Source of the DNA: Candidatus Moranbacteria bacterium RIFCSPHIGHO2_01_FULL_55_24
Lineage (GTDB): Bacteria > Patescibacteriota > Minisyncoccia > Moranbacterales > UBA1568
Assembly (NCBI GenBank): GCA_001786575.1
Contig: MFRW01000009.1
Coordinates: 24,979 to 88,978, forward strand
Reading direction: 5' to 3'
Length of the DNA stretch: 64,000 nucleotides
Part shown: piece by piece, positions 59,575-64,000 of the stretch
How the letters are laid out: the number at the start of each line of letters is the position of its first letter
How positions within the stretch are numbered: position 1 is the stretch's first letter
Translations under genes and position numbers: made by a program
The notes under the pieces: generated by a model
Databases searched by the model: none
Told to the model about the DNA's origin: nothing
Seen by the model: the letters and a program-made list of their open reading frames with translations, nothing else

Positions 59575-60234
59575 TTAGGTATTTTTTTTGGAATGCTCTT
59601 TGCGCCACTTGGCAATCGCTTCGTGGTTCCCCGAGAGGAGTGTTTCAGGCACTTTGAAATCGCGGAAGACTTCCGGCTTGGTGTACTGCGGGTACTCCAA
59701 AACCCCGCTTTCGCTATGGGACTCTTCCACGATGCTCTCGATGTTCCCGAGTACTCCGGGAAGCAGCCGCGAGACGGAATCTGCGACCACAAGCGCGGCG
59801 ATCTCTCCGCCGGTGAGGACATATTCGCCGATCGATACTTCCTCGTCTACGAAGTGTTCGGAAACGCGCTCATCGACGCCCTCGTAGCGGCCGCACACGA
59901 GAATGAGGCGTTCGTAGGTTTCCGAAAACTCTCTGGCTTTCGCTTGCGTATAGAGAGAGCCTTTGGCGGCGAAAAGGATGGTCCGCGTCTTGAGATCGGG
60001 AGCCAGGCTTTTTACGTGTTCGATCGCAAGCGCCACCGGCTCGGCCTTGAGTACCATGCCGGCACCGCCACCATAAGGGGTATCGTCTACCGTCTTGTGC
60101 TTGTCAAAAGCGAAGTCTCGCAACTGATGGAAGCGGACTTCGATCTGGTTTTCCTGGCGCGCCTTCTTCAGGATAGATGCTTCGAAATACGGCGAAATAC
60201 TTTCCGGAAATAGAGTGATGATATCGAAACGCAT
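59575..60234 (-). CDS. trmD: tRNA (m1G37) methyltransferase
   Basis: DDTPYGGGAGM, CGRYEGVDER, YVLTGGE. Confidence 0.98.
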   Translation of the reverse strand: MRFDIITLFPESISPYFEASILKKARQENQIEVRFHQLRDFAFDKHKTVDDTPYGGGAGMVLKAEPVALAIEHVKSLAPDLKTRTILFAAKGSLYTQAKAREFSETYERLILVCGRYEGVDERVSEHFVDEEVSIGEYVLTGGEIAALVVADSVSRLLPGVLGNIESIVEESHSESGVLEYPQYTKPEVFRDFKVPETLLSGNHEAIAKWRKEHSKKNT

Positions 60235-60349
60235 GCGGCCTTCGCTTAAAAACTTATAATCAAGACAAACTCTTCGCTATTCTAGCACATTTTGGAGACA
60301 AAAAAGCCCTCAATCGAGGGCCTTTTGCACATGCGCGTTTTCTTCCAAC

Positions 60350-61723
60350 CTACTCGACTCGGCTTAGCACCGTATCGCGGCTCATTTCGAATGAATGCTC
60401 CTCACGGGAACCGTCACTCTTGATGACAATGACTTTGACCGGCACATCCTTCATGCCGGGCTGTTTTTGTATTTTCAGGTCATACCAGTGCCGCTCCATA
60501 TTCTGCGGCAGTATGTAGCGATACTCGAGCGTCTTTTCGCTTCCGAGCGGTACTTGGACGATCGTTCCGGCGTACTTCCGGCCCAGTTCTTCTCCGTACA
60601 CGACCGGGTGCGACAGATTGGAAATGCTCTCGATGTAGCTCCCCTTCGGGACATATACCCGGGTGTAGCCCTGGTAGTCCTTGGTCAGATAGCTCTTCTC
60701 CTTGGCAGTATGGCGGTAGGTGATGCGGAGGAGCGCTTCCGGTTTCTCTTTCGAAAGGTCGACGGTATACTCGTACGCGCGCTCCATGTAGAGGTCGCTC
60801 TTGAACGCATTCATGTTGGAGTCGACGACGAAAAGATAATCATCCTTCCACTCCTGATCGAAGCGTCCGTCCCAGCCGGCTTTCTCCACTTGGGCCTGGA
60901 GGGCTTCATCGCGGAAGAGAATCTGGATGTCCTTCCGGTGAAGGTCGGCCAGGAGCACCTTGAAAAGCTCGTATTTCTTGTGAATCGGCAGATCTTTGGC
61001 CCGGCTCATGATCTGGCCGGCAATGAGTCCCATGATCGATTTGCGCTCGCCGAACGGGATGTTCTGCTTCACATAGTCCTGCTCCACCTGGTATTCCAGG
61101 TCGAGAATCGCGTTCTCCGAGCCGTAGGTTCCTGGGTACCCCTCGATTTCCACCGGTCCGGTGATCTCGAGGAACGAGGCCAGCACATGCGTGGTGATCG
61201 CAATCACTCCGTCGAATCGCTCCTCGCCCTTCCCCATATGATAGAAGTCCTCTGCCTGGTTGGCATTCGTCGGAAAATCCGGCGAAAAATTCGAGTCGCG
61301 AAGCTTCCAGCTCTTGACCCCGAGCGTTTCCTTCATGGGGTAAGGAGCAGGTACCGTGTCCGGGATGCGTCCGTCGAAGTTGATCGTGTCGTGGACTTGG
61401 AGCGATGTCGGATCGCCATCCTTTATCTTGAGGATCCCGAAAGACCCGATAAAGCCGCCACCGGGCCGCAGCTCCATATCGTTCTGGAAAAGGATGAGGA
61501 AACTTTTCTCCTCACCGCCGGTATCCATGAGAGCTTGAGCAAGTGTCACGACTGTGTCCAGATCGGTCTTCGTCTCTTCCTTAGCAGGCAGCCATCCGAG
61601 GAGCGTCCGCAGGCTTTCCAGGCCGCCGCGCTTCAATTCCCAGAATACGAACCAGCCGGAAAGGAACACCATCGAAATGATGACGAAGGCGATCCAAAAT
61701 CCCTTTGAGCGCTGTTGAGACAT
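60350..61723 (-). CDS. DUF4012 domain membrane-anchored protein
   Basis: LILFQNDMELRPGGGFIGS, RDSNFSPDFP, QKQPG. Confidence 0.88.
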   Translation of the reverse strand: MSQQRSKGFWIAFVIISMVFLSGWFVFWELKRGGLESLRTLLGWLPAKEETKTDLDTVVTLAQALMDTGGEEKSFLILFQNDMELRPGGGFIGSFGILKIKDGDPTSLQVHDTINFDGRIPDTVPAPYPMKETLGVKSWKLRDSNFSPDFPTNANQAEDFYHMGKGEERFDGVIAITTHVLASFLEITGPVEIEGYPGTYGSENAILDLEYQVEQDYVKQNIPFGERKSIMGLIAGQIMSRAKDLPIHKKYELFKVLLADLHRKDIQILFRDEALQAQVEKAGWDGRFDQEWKDDYLFVVDSNMNAFKSDLYMERAYEYTVDLSKEKPEALLRITYRHTAKEKSYLTKDYQGYTRVYVPKGSYIESISNLSHPVVYGEELGRKYAGTIVQVPLGSEKTLEYRYILPQNMERHWYDLKIQKQPGMKDVPVKVIVIKSDGSREEHSFEMSRDTVLSRVE

Positions 61724-61750
61724 AATGGTTCCGTTACGAATGAATTAGAT

Positions 61751-62773
61751 TCACTTGATCGGATTGCCGCGAAGCAATTCGTTGAGTCTCCGTTTGTATT
61801 CTTCGATCGTCGGCTCGCTCACGTCTTTCTTATAGAGTTGGTCCGGGCCGATGGCCGGCTCCGGGGCCGTTTCCGGTTCTTCTTCGCTTTCCGGTTCTTC
61901 CGAAGAGGGCTCTCCGCTTGCGAACATGGAACTCCAGGCTTCTTCGTCGAGTATCGGCAGATTGCTCGGTGCGGACGATTTCTTCTGGAAACTCACTCTC
62001 GGTCCCGCAGCCTGCGGTAGAGCGCCTTCGGTGTTTTCGAACGAGAGACCTGCCGGCCTTACCGGAACGAACTTGTCGGGATTGATCCAGGGCACGCTCT
62101 CTCCTACCGGGAGCTTTCCTTCGCTCTTTTTCGGAAGCGCCTCTTTATACACCGGGACGAACTCGCTTTGAGGACCGCGCCGCGGAGCAGCACCTCCGAG
62201 GAAAGACAGGATTCCGAAGAAAATACTCGTTACCGCCAGAGAGGTAACGAATGCTACCGCTGCCAAGAGCGCTGGCTGCGCTATTTTCGGCCCGGTAATC
62301 GGTCCGTCGATCACGCGCACTTTCACGTCCTTTTCTATATCATAATACAGGCTCGCGGTCTGAAGCAGGGCTTTGAGCACCGCCTTCGAGAGATCCTGGG
62401 CATCGGCCGCATTCGATTGGGAGACCGTCAAGCGGAGCGTGCTTCCTTCCGAGCCGCTCTCGGAACGCATGACGCTTTGCCAGTAGTCTTTGCGCTTGTC
62501 CAGCTGCTTTCCGGCGGCCGGGTCATCAAGCGTTTCGTCCTGCTCCAAAACACGATTGTAGAACGAGAGGGTTTCGGCGATATCCGCAAGCGATCCGGCG
62601 ACCTCTCTTGTTTCCTGGCTCCCGTTCCCTACGAAGAGCAGCGTGGTTTCGGACTCGTAGACCCGGAAAAAATCCAGCCAGAAGAGGAACGCTGCGAGCG
62701 TCACGAAAAAGAGCGTGACGAGATATGTCCGCCCCCATGAGCTTTGGAAAAATTGTTTACTTCGTACGAGCAT
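61751..62773 (-). CDS. Wzz-like two-TM polysaccharide chain-length-type protein
   Basis: TM-YESETTLL...VRVIDGP-TM, acidic tail; downstream of a glycosyltransferase. Confidence 0.6.
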   Translation of the reverse strand: MLVRSKQFFQSSWGRTYLVTLFFVTLAAFLFWLDFFRVYESETTLLFVGNGSQETREVAGSLADIAETLSFYNRVLEQDETLDDPAAGKQLDKRKDYWQSVMRSESGSEGSTLRLTVSQSNAADAQDLSKAVLKALLQTASLYYDIEKDVKVRVIDGPITGPKIAQPALLAAVAFVTSLAVTSIFFGILSFLGGAAPRRGPQSEFVPVYKEALPKKSEGKLPVGESVPWINPDKFVPVRPAGLSFENTEGALPQAAGPRVSFQKKSSAPSNLPILDEEAWSSMFASGEPSSEEPESEEEPETAPEPAIGPDQLYKKDVSEPTIEEYKRRLNELLRGNPIK

Positions 62774-63929
62774 GGACGTAGTTTCCTTTTGCGGAGTAAG
62801 CGTGGATCGTCTCTTCATATACCTCGAGCGTGCGCCGAGCGATAGCATCCCAGCTATAGCACTTTTCTGCGCGCTCCTTGGCGACGTGAGCGATCATCTT
62901 CGCCTCTTCGGGCCGATTGATATAAAAAGCCAGTTTCTCTTTCAGGTCTTCGACATCTTTGTTGCGGAAGGACACACCGGCACCGTTCTGGATAGCTTCC
63001 AGATTGGCCGGAATATCGCTCACTATCGCCAGGCGTTCCGAAGCCATAGCTTCGAGGAGCGCGAGCGAGAGCCCTTCGTCTTCTGACGGCTGGACGAACA
63101 AAGCAGCGTGCGAGAAGAGCGCATCCAGATCGGAACCGCTCTGCTCGCCGAGAAAAACGATGTTCGGACATCCTACGCTTATGGTTTCCAGATACTCGGC
63201 ATACTCGGAAGTATTCGCCGGGCTTCCGACGATCGCCAGTTTGAAGTTGTTCGGGATCTTGCTCTTCTCTTCGAGTTCCCGGAATGCCTTGATGAGGTAG
63301 TGGATGCCCTTATGGCGCACCAGGCGGCTCACCGAAAGCGCGTAGCGTCCCGGCCGGAGTCCCCACTGGGAAAGGCTTCGCGTATCCGTCTCGATGCGCA
63401 CTTCGGCGCCGTTCGGAATGAATGAGAAATCCTTCTTATACGTTTCTGTCGCGTATTTCTGGAGCGTTTCACTGATGACGATGGTCTTTTCCGGTACCAT
63501 GCAGGTGAAGCATTCCGCGATGCGCAGGCACAGACGCGCAAAAGCGTTCCACTTCTGATGGAAGTAATCCCGGCTATGGAACGTCGCGATGACCCGGGCG
63601 CTCGGCTTGAGCAAGCGCGGCAGGATCGAAAGGACGCTCGGGCCGATCGAGTGGTAATGGATCACTGCATAGTGCTCGAAGAAAATCGCATGGAGCGTCG
63701 CCGTAAGCGAATGCGTAATAGCCTCCAAATGCTTCGTATGAAGCGCAGGAGTATGCACGAGCCGTACGCCCATGTATTCGGTCAGGCGCGGATCGGTATA
63801 GGTGTCGCGCACGTATACCGTCACCTCGTGCCCGAGAGCCGCCAAGCGCACCGCGATATTCTCGACGTGCTTCTCGACGCCTCCGGAAACCGCAGGAATC
63901 CCTTTTTGTCCGATGAATGCGATTTTCAT
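62757..63929 (-). CDS. glycosyltransferase family 4
   Basis: GGVEKH, SRLVRHKG, EGLSLALLEAM. Confidence 0.93.
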   Translation of the reverse strand: MKIAFIGQKGIPAVSGGVEKHVENIAVRLAALGHEVTVYVRDTYTDPRLTEYMGVRLVHTPALHTKHLEAITHSLTATLHAIFFEHYAVIHYHSIGPSVLSILPRLLKPSARVIATFHSRDYFHQKWNAFARLCLRIAECFTCMVPEKTIVISETLQKYATETYKKDFSFIPNGAEVRIETDTRSLSQWGLRPGRYALSVSRLVRHKGIHYLIKAFRELEEKSKIPNNFKLAIVGSPANTSEYAEYLETISVGCPNIVFLGEQSGSDLDALFSHAALFVQPSEDEGLSLALLEAMASERLAIVSDIPANLEAIQNGAGVSFRNKDVEDLKEKLAFYINRPEEAKMIAHVAKERAEKCYSWDAIARRTLEVYEETIHAYSAKGNYVHARTK

Positions 63930-64000
63930 ACGCTTCTTCTTAATGCTCTCCCTCCCCCTCCGAAAGAATGTACGACCAAGAGATTTAGTTCCCCCGGCCG

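Noticed and set aside
1-64000. Alternative genetic code (TGA=Gly)
   Set aside because: Conserved genes such as recR, cysS and pgk end at TGA at expected lengths, and RF2 is present.

Overview
Chromosomal segment of a small-genome Patescibacteria (CPR; Parcubacteria-like, possibly Moranbacteria) using genetic code 11; the taxonomy is inferred from gene content. From about 11 kb onward most housekeeping genes lie on the - strand: ftsEX, prfB (+1 frameshift), hrcA-grpE-dnaK with CIRCE, alaS, ftsA-like, eno, pgk, mraY, scpAB, pyrG, queA, secA, murBCG-ftsW and trmD. corA-cysS-dnaB-recR and rpmA are on +. There are three tRNAs (Gln-CTG, Thr-CGT, Ala-CGC). No CRISPR array, rRNA, transposase or integrase gene was seen. 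Most notable signals: (1) about 14 orphan/accessory genes share a leader (sigma70 promoter, boxA-like 12-mer, strong Shine-Dalgarno), usually with their own terminator, which the core genes inspected lack; the motif led to an unlisted 54-aa gene. (2) Two integrase-less single-gene mini-islands (475 and 612 bp) sit at the tRNA-Gln and tRNA-Ala 3' ends; both outer junctions show the same 5-bp motif offset expected of large-serine-recombinase attP/attB half-sites. (3) A dif-like 11-6-11 palindrome at about 1.4 kb lies where gene orientation converges. All calls are by-eye motif recognition, without database searches.
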